From contig CAVVXH010000015.1 in assembly GCA_963752155.1 (NCBI GenBank), forward strand, positions 1-64,000: 64,000 nt of DNA. The letters are read 5' to 3'. Positions 36,880 through 47,900 of this stretch are shown here, one piece after another. Below the pieces are notes generated by a model. It was not told the origin of the DNA. It ran no database searches and saw only the letters and a list, made by a program, of their open reading frames with translations. This DNA is from an uncultured Parachlamydiaceae bacterium. GTDB taxonomy: Bacteria; Chlamydiota; Chlamydiia; Chlamydiales; Parachlamydiaceae. The translations under genes were made by a program, and so were the position numbers. Numbering within the stretch: the stretch's first letter is position 1; the number at the start of each line of letters is the position of its first letter.

Positions 36880-37998
36880 ATGCAATCATTAAATGCACTA
36901 AGAGGCATATTTTTTCCAGTCAATGGTAACAAAGAAAATGAAAAAAATGGAAAATCATCAGATTCTTTAATGAATCGTATTTATAACATGGCAAAAACTA
37001 TTTTTGCTCTCTTTGTAACTGCCTACTGTGTATTGTTTACGTTTGAGGTTATAAAACTAATTGTAGGAGATAAATTTTACGAAAAATTAACCCATGGTAT
37101 CGGAATTGGCATAGGGATGTGTTTACCTTTAGTAATAGTTGCAAAACTAGGAAAATCACTTTTAAGTACTCCTGATAAATCAGAAAATACTGATAGATAT
37201 GTTGACTTACTTGTTCATGAAGAAAAACGAAATCCATCCAATCAAATCATTTTGGGACGTGAACTTGAAATTAACGAAGTCATCTCTATCCTCAATAGAA
37301 GAGAAAAAAACAATGTCATCTTGTTAGGGATTCCAGGTTGTGGAAAAACAGCTATTGTTAAGGGATTGGCTCAAAAAATCGCAAAAGGGGAACTGGGGGA
37401 TAAATGGAAAAATTATGAAATTATTTCTATGAATATGTTGCGTCTAACAGCCGGAACGAAATATCGAGGTGATTTAGAAGATCGTATGAATAAAATTCTA
37501 GAATGTTTGAAAAAATTTCCAAAAGCTATTCTATTTGTGGATGAAGCACATCTCCTAATGACTAATGTGGGGGGGGGTCAAAAAAGCTACCACCTTGGAA
37601 ATTTCTTAAAGCCGGCACTTGCCAATGGGTTACAAATGATCTGTGCTACCACTCCAATTGAATATGAACAATCAATTGCACTGGATGGTGCTATGTCTCG
37701 ACGACTCAACATTGTCAATGTCGAACCACTCGACAGCAGAAATACAGAAAAAGTGTTAATGAAAACAAAAAAAGAACGCTTTGAAGATGTATATCAGGTG
37801 ACCATTTCCGATAAAGCAATCAAATTCGCCATCGAATGTTCGCAAATGGAACAAAGCAAGACTCTTCTGGATGCAACCATCGATCTCTTAGATACTGCCT
37901 GCAGCAATGCTGAATTAAAAAATGTAAATGTCATTTCTAAAAATGATATACAAGAAATTGTCTTAGAAAAACTAAAAAATTTGAAACACACAGCCTAA
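36880..37998 (+). CDS. Membrane-anchored single-ring ClpA/ClpB-like AAA+ ATPase (NBD1 only)
   Basis: ILGRELEI, GIPGCGKT, pore loop AGTKYRGDLE, LFVDEAH, ICATT; two N-terminal hydrophobic helices; no NBD2. Confidence 0.85.
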   Translation: MQSLNALRGIFFPVNGNKENEKNGKSSDSLMNRIYNMAKTIFALFVTAYCVLFTFEVIKLIVGDKFYEKLTHGIGIGIGMCLPLVIVAKLGKSLLSTPDKSENTDRYVDLLVHEEKRNPSNQIILGRELEINEVISILNRREKNNVILLGIPGCGKTAIVKGLAQKIAKGELGDKWKNYEIISMNMLRLTAGTKYRGDLEDRMNKILECLKKFPKAILFVDEAHLLMTNVGGGQKSYHLGNFLKPALANGLQMICATTPIEYEQSIALDGAMSRRLNIVNVEPLDSRNTEKVLMKTKKERFEDVYQVTISDKAIKFAIECSQMEQSKTLLDATIDLLDTACSNAELKNVNVISKNDIQEIVLEKLKNLKHTA

Positions 37999-38012
37999 GA
38001 GGTTCAACTACT

Positions 38013-38768
38013 TCAAACAATTTTAACGGGGGTACATTCAATCGTATCACAAGCAACAAACATATACCGAACTCCATTTTTTACTCCAAATGGAAGGGTA
38101 CCAGGAACGACATTATGTAAATGGCCAAAAACGCAAATCGATATTTTATACTTTTCTAGAATGGCTGATGCCCTAGAGTCATGTAACTCGGCTCCAATTG
38201 GAGGATAATGAGTCATAGCGATCCGAATTTGACCCGAAGAAGCCTTAGTATTCAACATTTTAAGGCTAGCTTCTAGCCTTAAAAGTTCTCTTTGGAAAAT
38301 CCTTTCTCTTTCAGCCGTTGAAGGCTCTTTATCAGAAATGACTGCACGTGGATTTTCTTGATATTCTATATAGGAATCAAAACAAAATTCATCAGTATCC
38401 CACAGACGCGATCCTCCAATAGCAAATTCGTTCCAAAAGAAAACATTATTTTGAATCAGATGAATAGAAGGTGGAAGGATTTTTTCTAATTTTTTTAAAG
38501 AACCCCACCAATAGTCGTGGTTCCCTCTCAATAAAACTTTTGTTCCTGGAAGAGCCTCTATCCAGTCAAGGTCCACCTTAGCTTGTTCGGGCGTCATTCC
38601 CCATGAGATATCTCCGGGAATCAGTACCAAGTCTTCCGGAGAAATCAAATCTTGCCAATGTTCTTTGACTCTTTCGGCATGATTAACCCACCTAGGCCCA
38701 AAAATATCCATGGACTTATTAGGAATACCAAACGAAAGATGCAAATCTGCTATTGCCCACACTGACAT
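38013..38768 (-). CDS. Calcineurin-like metallophosphoesterase
   Basis: DLH, PGDISW, GNHDYW, HYPP, GHLH; adjacent to glgC as in chlamydiae. Confidence 0.92.
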   Translation of the reverse strand: MSVWAIADLHLSFGIPNKSMDIFGPRWVNHAERVKEHWQDLISPEDLVLIPGDISWGMTPEQAKVDLDWIEALPGTKVLLRGNHDYWWGSLKKLEKILPPSIHLIQNNVFFWNEFAIGGSRLWDTDEFCFDSYIEYQENPRAVISDKEPSTAERERIFQRELLRLEASLKMLNTKASSGQIRIAMTHYPPIGAELHDSRASAILEKYKISICVFGHLHNVVPGTLPFGVKNGVRYMFVACDTIECTPVKIV

Positions 38769-38782
38769 AAAAATTACAATTG

Positions 38783-40135
38783 TTAAAGTACAAACCCGCT
38801 TGGAAGTGTAGCCCCTCTTGGAACAACAATAATTCCATCGCGAATGTAGATATTATTCCCATCGTAATGAGAAAGATTATTTTTGTTGATCAAACGCACA
38901 TCATCGCCGATACAAACGTTTTTGTCAATAATGGCTTTTGTGATGATACAATTTTTTCCGATTTCCATTTGATGTGGGAGGATTTCAGATTCAATCGGAT
39001 GATTGTAATAATCATGACCCATGACATAGGAAGAAGTGATAACGCTTCCCTTTTTAACTACGGTACGTGGACCTAAAATGCTGTGATTGATTTCGTCTGC
39101 CTCTAAGATACATCCTTCACAAAGAATGCTATGATTGACGATGGTATTGTAAATTTTGGGTCCCATCAAACTATTGCGTGTGCAATGGATGGGAAGGTAT
39201 TCATTGTGACAGTCAAGCAGGGGTTCCTTAGCTGTTAAAGCTATGTTTGCATGATAAAACGACTCAATGGTTCCAATATCTTCCCAATACCCGTCGAAAA
39301 TATAAGCAGTAGCCTTTCCCCTTTCGACCATTGTTGGCAATAAATGTTTGCCAAAATCTTCACGCAGATCTTCCTTTAACAGATTAACGAGCGCTTTACG
39401 CTTAAACAGATAAATTCCCATGGAAGCTAAATATCTTGGCGAACTTTTTTCTGTGGAAGGAAGACGGAGAGCCTCAAGAAGTGAAGGATCCTTCGGTTTT
39501 TCAATGAAATGAGTGATTTTGCTTTGACTATCGGTTTTAAGAATTCCAAATCGGGAACATTCTTCTTCTTTAACCGGCAATGCTGCAACCACAAGATCGG
39601 CATCGGTCTGCATAGCGGCATGAATAATTTCTCGATAATCCATGGTATAGAGTTGATCGCCAGATAAAATTAAAAAATAATCTAGAGGAAGCTCTAGTAG
39701 ATATTCAATATTTTTTCTAACTGCATCAGCCGTACCTTGATACCATTCCTGCCCTGACGGTTTTTGCTCTGCGGATAGAAGTTTAAGAAAGCCTGTATTG
39801 AAATCATCTAGTCGATAGGTATCAAAGATATGTTGATGGAGGGATGCGGAAAGAAACTGAGTGACGATAAAAATTTTATAGCAGCCTGAATTAATCGAAT
39901 TAGAAATGGGGATATCGATCAGTTTATAACGACCACCGAAGCATATCGCGGGTTTGCACCGGCTCAAAGTCAGAGGAAATAACCGAGTCCCGACTCCGCC
40001 GCTTAAAATAACTGAAGCAACACGATCCATGTCTATGATTCGAGCCTGTTTGCTAGGCCTATATGGCTTAAATCCATGTTTTAATTGGGGGGCAAGTGTA
40101 ACCATAGTATTTATTAAACCTCTTATAATTTTCAT
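38783..40135 (-). CDS. glgC: Glucose-1-phosphate adenylyltransferase
   Basis: ILSGGVGTRLFPLT, KPA, YQGTADAV, LSGDQLY, FIEKP, YWEDIGT. Confidence 0.97.
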   Translation of the reverse strand: MKIIRGLINTMVTLAPQLKHGFKPYRPSKQARIIDMDRVASVILSGGVGTRLFPLTLSRCKPAICFGGRYKLIDIPISNSINSGCYKIFIVTQFLSASLHQHIFDTYRLDDFNTGFLKLLSAEQKPSGQEWYQGTADAVRKNIEYLLELPLDYFLILSGDQLYTMDYREIIHAAMQTDADLVVAALPVKEEECSRFGILKTDSQSKITHFIEKPKDPSLLEALRLPSTEKSSPRYLASMGIYLFKRKALVNLLKEDLREDFGKHLLPTMVERGKATAYIFDGYWEDIGTIESFYHANIALTAKEPLLDCHNEYLPIHCTRNSLMGPKIYNTIVNHSILCEGCILEADEINHSILGPRTVVKKGSVITSSYVMGHDYYNHPIESEILPHQMEIGKNCIITKAIIDKNVCIGDDVRLINKNNLSHYDGNNIYIRDGIIVVPRGATLPSGFVL

Positions 40136-40189
40136 CTAGGGGCGACATTTAGCGACTGCCAAGCTTTTTTTTTACATTACAAAATAAAG

Positions 40190-40482
40190 GCAAGGACGGC
40201 AAGGACAAAAAGGACAGCAAGGACGACAAAGCCAGAAAGGACAACAAGGACGGCAAGGACGACAGGGACGACAAGGACATGGATAAAGTACCTACTGTCA
40301 AATATATCCTTGTCGTCCTTGTTGTCCTTGTCGTCCTTGTTGTCCTTGCTGTCCTTGTTGTCCTTGCTGTCCTTGTCGTCCTTGCTGTCCTTGCTGTCCT
40401 TGCTGTCCTTGCTGTCCTTGCCGTCCTTGCTGTCCTTGCTGTCCTTGCCGTCCTTGCCGTCCTTGCCGTCCTTGCTGTCCTT
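40190..40482. repeat. Inverted blocks of 9-bp tandem repeats (about 10 x aaggacrrc, then about 19 x gtccttgyy)
   Basis: Directly visible at 40190-40278 and 40307-40482, in the divergent glgC/nhaD intergenic region. Confidence 0.95.
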
Positions 40483-40580
40483 TTACTTAATTTTAAGATT
40501 GCAATTTAATTTTTTTTAATGTAAACTGAAGATAGAAAAAATTTGAATTATAACTCAATTTCTCAAAACTAAGGATTAAC

Positions 40581-41855
40581 ATGGAAGTTATTAACTCATA
40601 TAATGTGTTGATGATGTTCACCTTTATCATCGGATATTTACTCATCACAATGGAACATTATACTAAAATTAATAAGGCTACGATTGCACTATTGATGGCA
40701 GTTTCTTGTTGGGCCATTCAATTTGCCAACACCCACTGGGTCATTGAAGCGAATAAAAATTATCTTGAAGAACATCTCGCAAGCATAAGTCAGACAATTT
40801 TTTTTCTTATCGGAGCCTTAACTGTTGTGGAAATGATTAATCAACACAAAGGTTTTTCGGTGATCTCAAAATGTCTCCATATCCACTCCAAAAAAATGAT
40901 GCTTTGGAGCATTGTGTTTATCACCTTCTTCTTATCTAGCATCTTAGATAATCTTACAACGACGATTGTGATGATTTCTTTGCTCAAGAAACTCGTCGAT
41001 GAAGGAGAAGAGCGTCTTTTAATTGGAGGAGCTATTGTCATAGCTGCTAATGCTGGAGGAGCTTGGACACCTATTGGAGATCTCACGACAACGATGCTAT
41101 GGATCGGTGAACAACTATCTACCTTCAATGTCATGAAAGTCCTATTTATACCAAGTCTAGTATGCACCATCGTTTCGACATTTTTAATCTCTCTTTCTCT
41201 CAAAGGGAATTTTAAAAATAAAAATTTTAACGATAACGATCAAGAAAAAGAACCTATGGGAGGCTTTATTTTTGTTCTTGGGATGTGCTTATTGGTCTTC
41301 GTACCTGTTTTCAAAATCGTTACAGGGCTCCCCCCATTTATGGGAATGCTACTAGCGTTGGGAGTTCTTTGGTTAGTCACAGACCTATTGCATGGAAAGT
41401 ATGAAGACCGTAACCATTTGCGTATCCCTTACGTTCTTACAAAAATTGACTTTTCCGGAGTTCTCTTTTTCCTTGGTATCTTATTATGCATAGGATCACT
41501 TTACAGTGCTGGATTGCTCACAGAGCTAGCTCAATGGCTCCAAGTACATATTGGTAATTTGCCACTGATCTCTGTAGTGATTGGCTTTGCTTCAGCTGTC
41601 ATCGATAATGTTCCTCTTGTCGCAGCTACCATTGGAATGTACAGCCTAGAGCAGTTCCCTACAGATCACTCCTTCTGGAACATGATTGCTTACTGTGCAG
41701 GTATTGGCGGTAGCATTTTAATTATTGGATCCGCTGCCGGAATCGCCTTGATGGCAATGGAAAAGATCGACTTTCTTTGGTACATGCGTAGGATTAGTTT
41801 ACCTGCAACTGCCGGATACCTTGCCGGCTTTATTTTGTACATGATTAGTGCCTAA
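40581..41855 (+). CDS. nhaD: Na+/H+ antiporter, NhaD family
   Basis: LDNLTTTI, ANAGGAWTPIGDLTT, IDNVPLVAA, GGSILIIGSAAG. Confidence 0.93.
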   Translation: MEVINSYNVLMMFTFIIGYLLITMEHYTKINKATIALLMAVSCWAIQFANTHWVIEANKNYLEEHLASISQTIFFLIGALTVVEMINQHKGFSVISKCLHIHSKKMMLWSIVFITFFLSSILDNLTTTIVMISLLKKLVDEGEERLLIGGAIVIAANAGGAWTPIGDLTTTMLWIGEQLSTFNVMKVLFIPSLVCTIVSTFLISLSLKGNFKNKNFNDNDQEKEPMGGFIFVLGMCLLVFVPVFKIVTGLPPFMGMLLALGVLWLVTDLLHGKYEDRNHLRIPYVLTKIDFSGVLFFLGILLCIGSLYSAGLLTELAQWLQVHIGNLPLISVVIGFASAVIDNVPLVAATIGMYSLEQFPTDHSFWNMIAYCAGIGGSILIIGSAAGIALMAMEKIDFLWYMRRISLPATAGYLAGFILYMISA

Positions 41856-41872
41856 CCTCAGACCACATGACC

Positions 41873-42790
41873 TCAATGTGTTAATCTACAAATGGCCTGA
41901 GCAATCATTGAAGCAACTGACAACGTTTTGATCTTTGTCAAGGCCGCATACCTCCCTAAATCGGGAATCGTGTTTGTAGTAAACATCGCCTCTAAGGAAC
42001 TAGAAGTGATTTTTTCTAAGGCACTTCCCACAAATAATCCATGTGTCACCATTCCAATGATCCTCTCTGCTTGAAGAGTGCGACAAAGATTCGCTGCCGC
42101 CACCAGAGTCCCTCCTGTCGAACACATGTCATCAGCAATCAACACATTTTTTCCTTTAACATCCCCAATCAAACTAACACTCACCTCAAAAGGGTTTTTA
42201 CGCTCCTTTTTCATGAAGGCAATTTCAATGCCTAAATATTTACTCATTTTTTCTGCAATTTTAAGACTCCCAACGTCCGGAGCAAGAATGACAGTATTTT
42301 CTCCCAACAACTTCATAGCTTCTCGACTCAAAAGCTCTTGACAATGAAGATGATCGACAGGAATCTCAAAAAAACCTTCAACTTGATCAGCATGCAAATC
42401 AAAAGTGATCAGATGATCGACACCGGCAATTGAAAGTATATTTGCAACAAGTTTAGCTGTAATCGGTTCCCCAGGTTTATTTTTACGATCTTGACGGCAG
42501 TAACCTAAATAGGGAGTAATCGCAATTATTTTTTTAGCCGATGCTCTTTTTAGCGCATCGATCATCACTAACATCTCCATTAAATACTGATTCGGATTAA
42601 TTGCTATAGTCTGCAATAAAAAAACGGTCTTTCCCCCAACATCTTCCTGTATCTCGACTGCCAGTTCTCCATCAGGAAACAGGCTTAAAGAAGCTCTTCC
42701 CAAAGAGCAAGCCAATTCTTCACAAATTTCATTTGCAAGTTTTGTATGTGAACTCCCAGCAAATAAATAAAACTCATTATTTTGATTCAC
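41873..42790 (-). CDS. prs: Ribose-phosphate pyrophosphokinase
   Basis: FPDGE, PYLGYCRQDRK, DLHADQ, APDVG, DDMCSTGGTL. Confidence 0.96.
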   Translation of the reverse strand: MNQNNEFYLFAGSSHTKLANEICEELACSLGRASLSLFPDGELAVEIQEDVGGKTVFLLQTIAINPNQYLMEMLVMIDALKRASAKKIIAITPYLGYCRQDRKNKPGEPITAKLVANILSIAGVDHLITFDLHADQVEGFFEIPVDHLHCQELLSREAMKLLGENTVILAPDVGSLKIAEKMSKYLGIEIAFMKKERKNPFEVSVSLIGDVKGKNVLIADDMCSTGGTLVAAANLCRTLQAERIIGMVTHGLFVGSALEKITSSSLEAMFTTNTIPDLGRYAALTKIKTLSVASMIAQAICRLTH

Positions 42791-42936
42791 GATATCTCCA
42801 ATATTTCACATTTCTCTTTTTGTTAAATTCATACCGCGTCAATGACAAATTACTCAAGAAATATATCCATAAAAAATAAATTTGACATAAAAACATATTT
42901 ATTAGATACAAAAAATAAGCTACAAAGGAGGCAATT

Positions 42937-43257
42937 ATGGACTTAGTATCACTTTTAATTAGTATAATTAGTGGAGCTTTGGGAGGCAATGCAACCGGAA
43001 AAGTCTCTGCTGAACATGACCTTGGACCTTTAGGAAATACGCTAGCAGGACTTGTTGGAGGAACTGCAGCAGGTTACATCTTAGCAGCTTTAAATCTCTT
43101 TGGACAAGTGACAGCAGCCACTGGAGCAACAGCAGCAGGAGCAGAAGCTGTTCACGGATTAAATCTTCCTGAAATTTTAGCCAATATAGGAAGTTCGGGT
43201 ATTGGGGGAGCTCTTTTGACATACATCGCAGCGATGATCAAAAACGCTTCAAAATAG
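42937..43257 (+). CDS. Small Gly/Ala-rich membrane protein
   Basis: AAGGAGG RBS; glycine-zipper-like hydrophobic helices. Confidence 0.75.
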   Translation: MDLVSLLISIISGALGGNATGKVSAEHDLGPLGNTLAGLVGGTAAGYILAALNLFGQVTAATGATAAGAEAVHGLNLPEILANIGSSGIGGALLTYIAAMIKNASK

Positions 43258-43278
43258 TCTCGAAATTTCGAGCACGTA

Positions 43279-43324
43279 CCTTGCCATTGGTGCCAGACCT
43301 GATATTCTGACACCAGTGGCAAGG
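43279..43324. repeat. Minimal hairpin derivative of the 296-bp element
   Basis: ccttgccattggtgccagacctgatattctgacaccagtggcaagg shares the terminal IR core. Confidence 0.7.
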
Positions 43325-43377
43325 GGTCTTGCCACCGCGCGAGAATCCATTTGGCTAAGTATACTCATCTACATACA

Positions 43378-43818
43378 CGTGAAAGCTACTATTGGCATCA
43401 CTACAATTTAATAATTAAATACTTTTTGGAGTTCGTGTGGCTTTGCCACCGCGCGATATTATTGAACCAAAAATCGGCTATGTTCACCTGTACACGAGAA
43501 ACCTTCGCTCAATTATTCCTCCTCTGTGTTCTCTGTGATCTCTGTGGTAAAAAAAATCTACCACAGAGATCACAGAGAACACAGAGGAGGAATAATTGAG
43601 CGAAGAAGTGAACAAGGCTCAAAAATCACTACATGATGATAAAAATTTTCCATAAATAACTTATTACTTACTCAAATATACTATCGCCGGTGGCAAAGCC
43701 ACACGCACTTCTGAGTAAGCTTTTGAGTTACTTCTTGATATTAGCACCCGCTGGTCGCTGGGGGCTCCAAAAAGTATTTTTTGGTTAAATTGTAATGGCG
43801 CCAATAATAATCTTTACG
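43378..43818. repeat. Nested inverted repeats with a central perfect 47-bp-stem hairpin (43503-43605)
   Basis: Three concentric IR pairs read by eye (details in findings). Confidence 0.85.
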
Positions 43819-43881
43819 TTTAACACTTGACTATTATTAACAGTAATGATAAATTAAATATTAATAAATTAGGAGATAAAA

Positions 43882-44892
43882 ATGGAACCAATAGGTTTTT
43901 TTACACCAGTATACGTGAATTCCAAAAATAATGACGCAACTTTTTTCCAAAAATTTGTTATTAATCCGGCAGAATTCATTTTTGACTTTGACAATATTCG
44001 TTTTTCGATCCCACCGAAAGAAAAAATGTATGCCACTATTTCTGATGAAAGTAGAACTTTCTGCCAAACTACTTTTCAATGCATCACTTTAGTAGCGGTC
44101 TCTATCTTCTTCCCCCTTGGAATGGCGTTATTTGGTGCAAAAATCTATCATAGATTTGATGAATATTTCCAACCTGATCCCCTTGAAGCAGACTATCCTG
44201 AATTAGCAGCTTCAGACTTAGAGAATTTGCAAACTAAAGGACGCGATTTTGGCTTTAGATCCCTTTCAGGATTTAGTTTTCGTCGAGAGAATGACTACAT
44301 TAGGGCTGATAAAATAGAAAGGGAAACTTCTAAAGTAAAAGAAAATGTAAGTCTGTTAGATTCTCTAATAAAAAATAAACAGAAAACAAATGAGCAAATT
44401 ATTGAGGAGCTGAAAGCTGAGCCAGATTTGATTAATGAATCTGCTAAAGAATATAAAATTCATTTTATGCCTAAAGTAGATTATGCTGAAGTTACATTAC
44501 AAAAAATCCTAAATCTTTTCAGAAATAACCCTAGACTAAAAAAATTGCTTAAACAATATAAAATATTATTAAAAAATCTTGAAACAAATGATTTTCCAAA
44601 TGATAAGAGTGCCAATGGAGGGGAATTTCCTAGAATTGTTTTGTATGTAGAAGGCAAAGTGGCTGCTCAATTAGTTCTTAATGCTGTATTTAATCTTTTC
44701 ACACAAGAAGAGGCTGCAACTTATGGATGTGATATTACTCCGAGGCTGAATGCAAAAGTAAATCCATTGATATTTTATGCTCAAGGAGCAGGCGGCTACA
44801 AAGAACGAGCTCTAAACCGAGGCTTGGATTATTTTTTAACAGCTGATGGAATACATTTTAAAGGTGATAATCATCCCCTAGTTATTCCTTAA
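43882..44892 (+). CDS. Hypothetical effector-like protein with DUF648-like hydrophobic N-terminus
   Basis: AGGAG RBS; GFFTPV start, hydrophobic hairpin ending AKIYHRF; C-terminal domain of unknown function. Confidence 0.6.
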   Translation: MEPIGFFTPVYVNSKNNDATFFQKFVINPAEFIFDFDNIRFSIPPKEKMYATISDESRTFCQTTFQCITLVAVSIFFPLGMALFGAKIYHRFDEYFQPDPLEADYPELAASDLENLQTKGRDFGFRSLSGFSFRRENDYIRADKIERETSKVKENVSLLDSLIKNKQKTNEQIIEELKAEPDLINESAKEYKIHFMPKVDYAEVTLQKILNLFRNNPRLKKLLKQYKILLKNLETNDFPNDKSANGGEFPRIVLYVEGKVAAQLVLNAVFNLFTQEEAATYGCDITPRLNAKVNPLIFYAQGAGGYKERALNRGLDYFLTADGIHFKGDNHPLVIP

Positions 44893-44906
44893 AACTAGGT
44901 AAATAT

Positions 44907-47900
44907 ATGGAAAGCAGTTCTTTTTATTTTAATCTAAACCCTTACTTACATTCCTCATCCTCAGAGGAAGAAAAAATTGATGAAAACTTACTTACGTCTG
45001 TGTCCGATGATTCAGAAAAAAAAGATCAATTACTCACTGAAGTTATACAAAACAGGACCCTGGAATTTCGAGAAGATTGCGCCATGTTAAATCTATGTAC
45101 ATTAGCCAAAGCGGAAAACCTTATTCAGCAACTCATAGAAGGTAAAGTTGTCCATTTCTTGAATCCACTCAATATTCTATTTATTGAAGTCATGAAGGTC
45201 ATGCAGCTGCTATCGCGTGATCGAACAATTCTATCCTTTAGGGGCGGAGTTTATTCTGCAGAAAAGGAAGGCAGTAAGATTCAAGAAGAGGTAATACATG
45301 GGGATCAAATCATTAATCATTTAACGATTGAGCTTCATCTTATTTTCAGAGTTTTTCGCGAATATGCCGATTTTCATCTAGGAAAAACATCTTCAAAAGT
45401 TGATCGAGAAAAAATTCTTCAAGCTCAGGAAGGATATAAAAAAATTGCTAACCTCTATCGTCGATTAGAAAAGATCATTAAAAAGACTGATAGCCCCAAC
45501 ATAAAGGTGTTTCACAAACTTAAGCAGTATTGTGATGTGCTTTATCACGCAAGTCAAAATGAAGATTTTCTTCAAAGATGCACAAAATCTCTCTCAAATG
45601 GTTTGAGCGTGATGTTGAGCATTGTCATTTACCCACAGACCCTGTCACATATGGAATTCTATATAGAATCCCTGGACATTTGTCTTTTTTCTTTGCTCTA
45701 TTTCCAAAAAAATGATCCTACTATTCCAATGCCACAAATGATAGAACAAATAAAAAAAATCCCAAAGGCTTGTTTTGATACACTTTCTTTAGATGCTTTT
45801 ATTCAATCTATAGGAAAATTTCATTTTGAGACAAGTAAACTCATTACAGAATATCTTGTTATAGTTAAGAAGATTATTATCGACTCAAAATTTCATTCAT
45901 CCAATTTGAAGCTTAAAGCTTGTTTCATTCGTTTAGCATTAGATGATATTTCTTTTGTGAAAATGCTCCAAGAAATGTTTCCTCTAGTAATGGATATATC
46001 AAATCCTTGGAAATCATTTAGAGATAATCATAATGTGATCCTCAAACGATTTGAAGTACAGATTCAATCGCTCCACATAGAATTTGAAAAAGCTGTCATT
46101 TCATTGAAAAAGGCATTGGACAAATCTAAAACTGTGAAAGGAAAAACTAGAAATGATATCTATAATTTAATCCATTCCGTTGAAAAGCAAACAGCAGTCC
46201 AATCCTTTCTTGATCAAATAAATTCTTTCATTGTTGAAAGTTGCCGTATACCACAAAATATCAATCAAGAGATGTTGTCTTTTTTTCTGGTTATGGGGAA
46301 TTGTAATCAGAAGGCAATCAATTTTCATCAATCACTGTTAATGCACGATTCTAAACTTCCTTGTGCTTCATTTACTTCGATTGATCTTTTAGTTCATCAG
46401 TTATTTCAACTTGCTGAAATTACAAAACATAGGGCGGAAGAAAATGATGTGATTAATCATACAATAGTAACAACTGCAATTCAAATGGTTAAAGATTCAA
46501 TAAAAATTATATGTGCAAAAGGCGAAACCAATATTTTAAAAATTTTTAATTTGAATGAGAAAAGTTATACTATAGCTTTTCATATTCAATTTAATGAAGC
46601 TCTTTCTTATTTGAATAACGCATTCAACCAAGAAATGTCCCAAGAAGAGGCTTTAAGGATCCAGCATTTAAAAGGATCTATTCAACTTTTAATTGAATAT
46701 TTAAAAGATTCTAAAAATAATGTCCCTATTTTTCAAAAACATCTCGCCTCTACATTGTTCAATTCTTTGGGTGGTTCATCTGAAATCTCTGATCGCGACC
46801 TTCCACTCATTAAACAACATCTACATTTGATTGCAACTTCAGTTTCTCATCAGGAATTTGAACAGCATCTAGTTCAATTAGAGCATGCTACGAAGAAAAG
46901 ATTAGATTTAGCAGCTCCAGCGGAAAAATTTTTCTGGAAGCTCAATTACAAGCATGTAATGTTGGGAAAGATACACATAAAGGAAATGCTAAAAGCCTCT
47001 CATCATTGTAATCAAAAAATCCAAGGTTGTGATGATACAAATACAGCTCTCCTTATCTTACATGAATTTTATAAAAAAACAAAATTTTTAGAAAAAAACT
47101 ATGCTGGATGGATGTTTCAACTTACTTTGCTGGGAAAGCTCGCCGAACAACAAGGTTATGAAGATATCTTTGAATCGATTTATTTCATGAGTTCATGGAA
47201 TTTGTGGACCGGTTTTCTACATACAGCGATTCATGAGATCGTAGATTTCAATCCAGTCTCTAAGAAAGCTCCTTTTCCTATTGGAAATTTGAAGATAAAT
47301 AGTATTCAAAATCTTGTAGATTCTTCTTCAGAAAATGATGCAACCGACTTGGACGAAACGGCAGTGGAAGAAGAGCCTTTACCAATGCTTCAAGAAACCT
47401 ATACCCCGTCCCCTTATGAAGAGGATTTTGGCCTTCTGAATACTCTTAAAGCAGAACCACTTCCTTTAATAATGGATGAGCCTATTCAATCTTTTATGGC
47501 ACGCAGAACTGCACAGAGTAATCTAATTCAAAATTGTTCTATCTACCGTACTTTAATTGAAGAAGCAAAAAAATGGGGTTGTATTGAGGCTCCTAAATCA
47601 TTGCAAATAAGGGGACAACTGAGTCATTTGCTTCTTCTGGAAGCTACGCAAAAAATTGCTCTTTCCAACTTGCGCATAGGAACACAAGAGGCCCCGAATA
47701 TCCATATCATCTCCTCAAATTACCAAGGACGTCCTCTCATCTACACCCATAATGGAGAGCTCTTAGTTAAACTTTTATTTTCTGCAAATAAGCAGTGGTT
47801 TGAACATCCAGATATCGAATCATCGATTAGATGTCAGGAGTTCCATCTCAAGAAAATTTATTGGTTTCAAGAGGATCCTCAGGCGGTGCCAGGCATTCAT

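Noticed and set aside
40279..40519. ORFs encoding (VLA)n and (SLL)n
   Set aside because: They are translations of the stop-free 9-bp tandem repeat.
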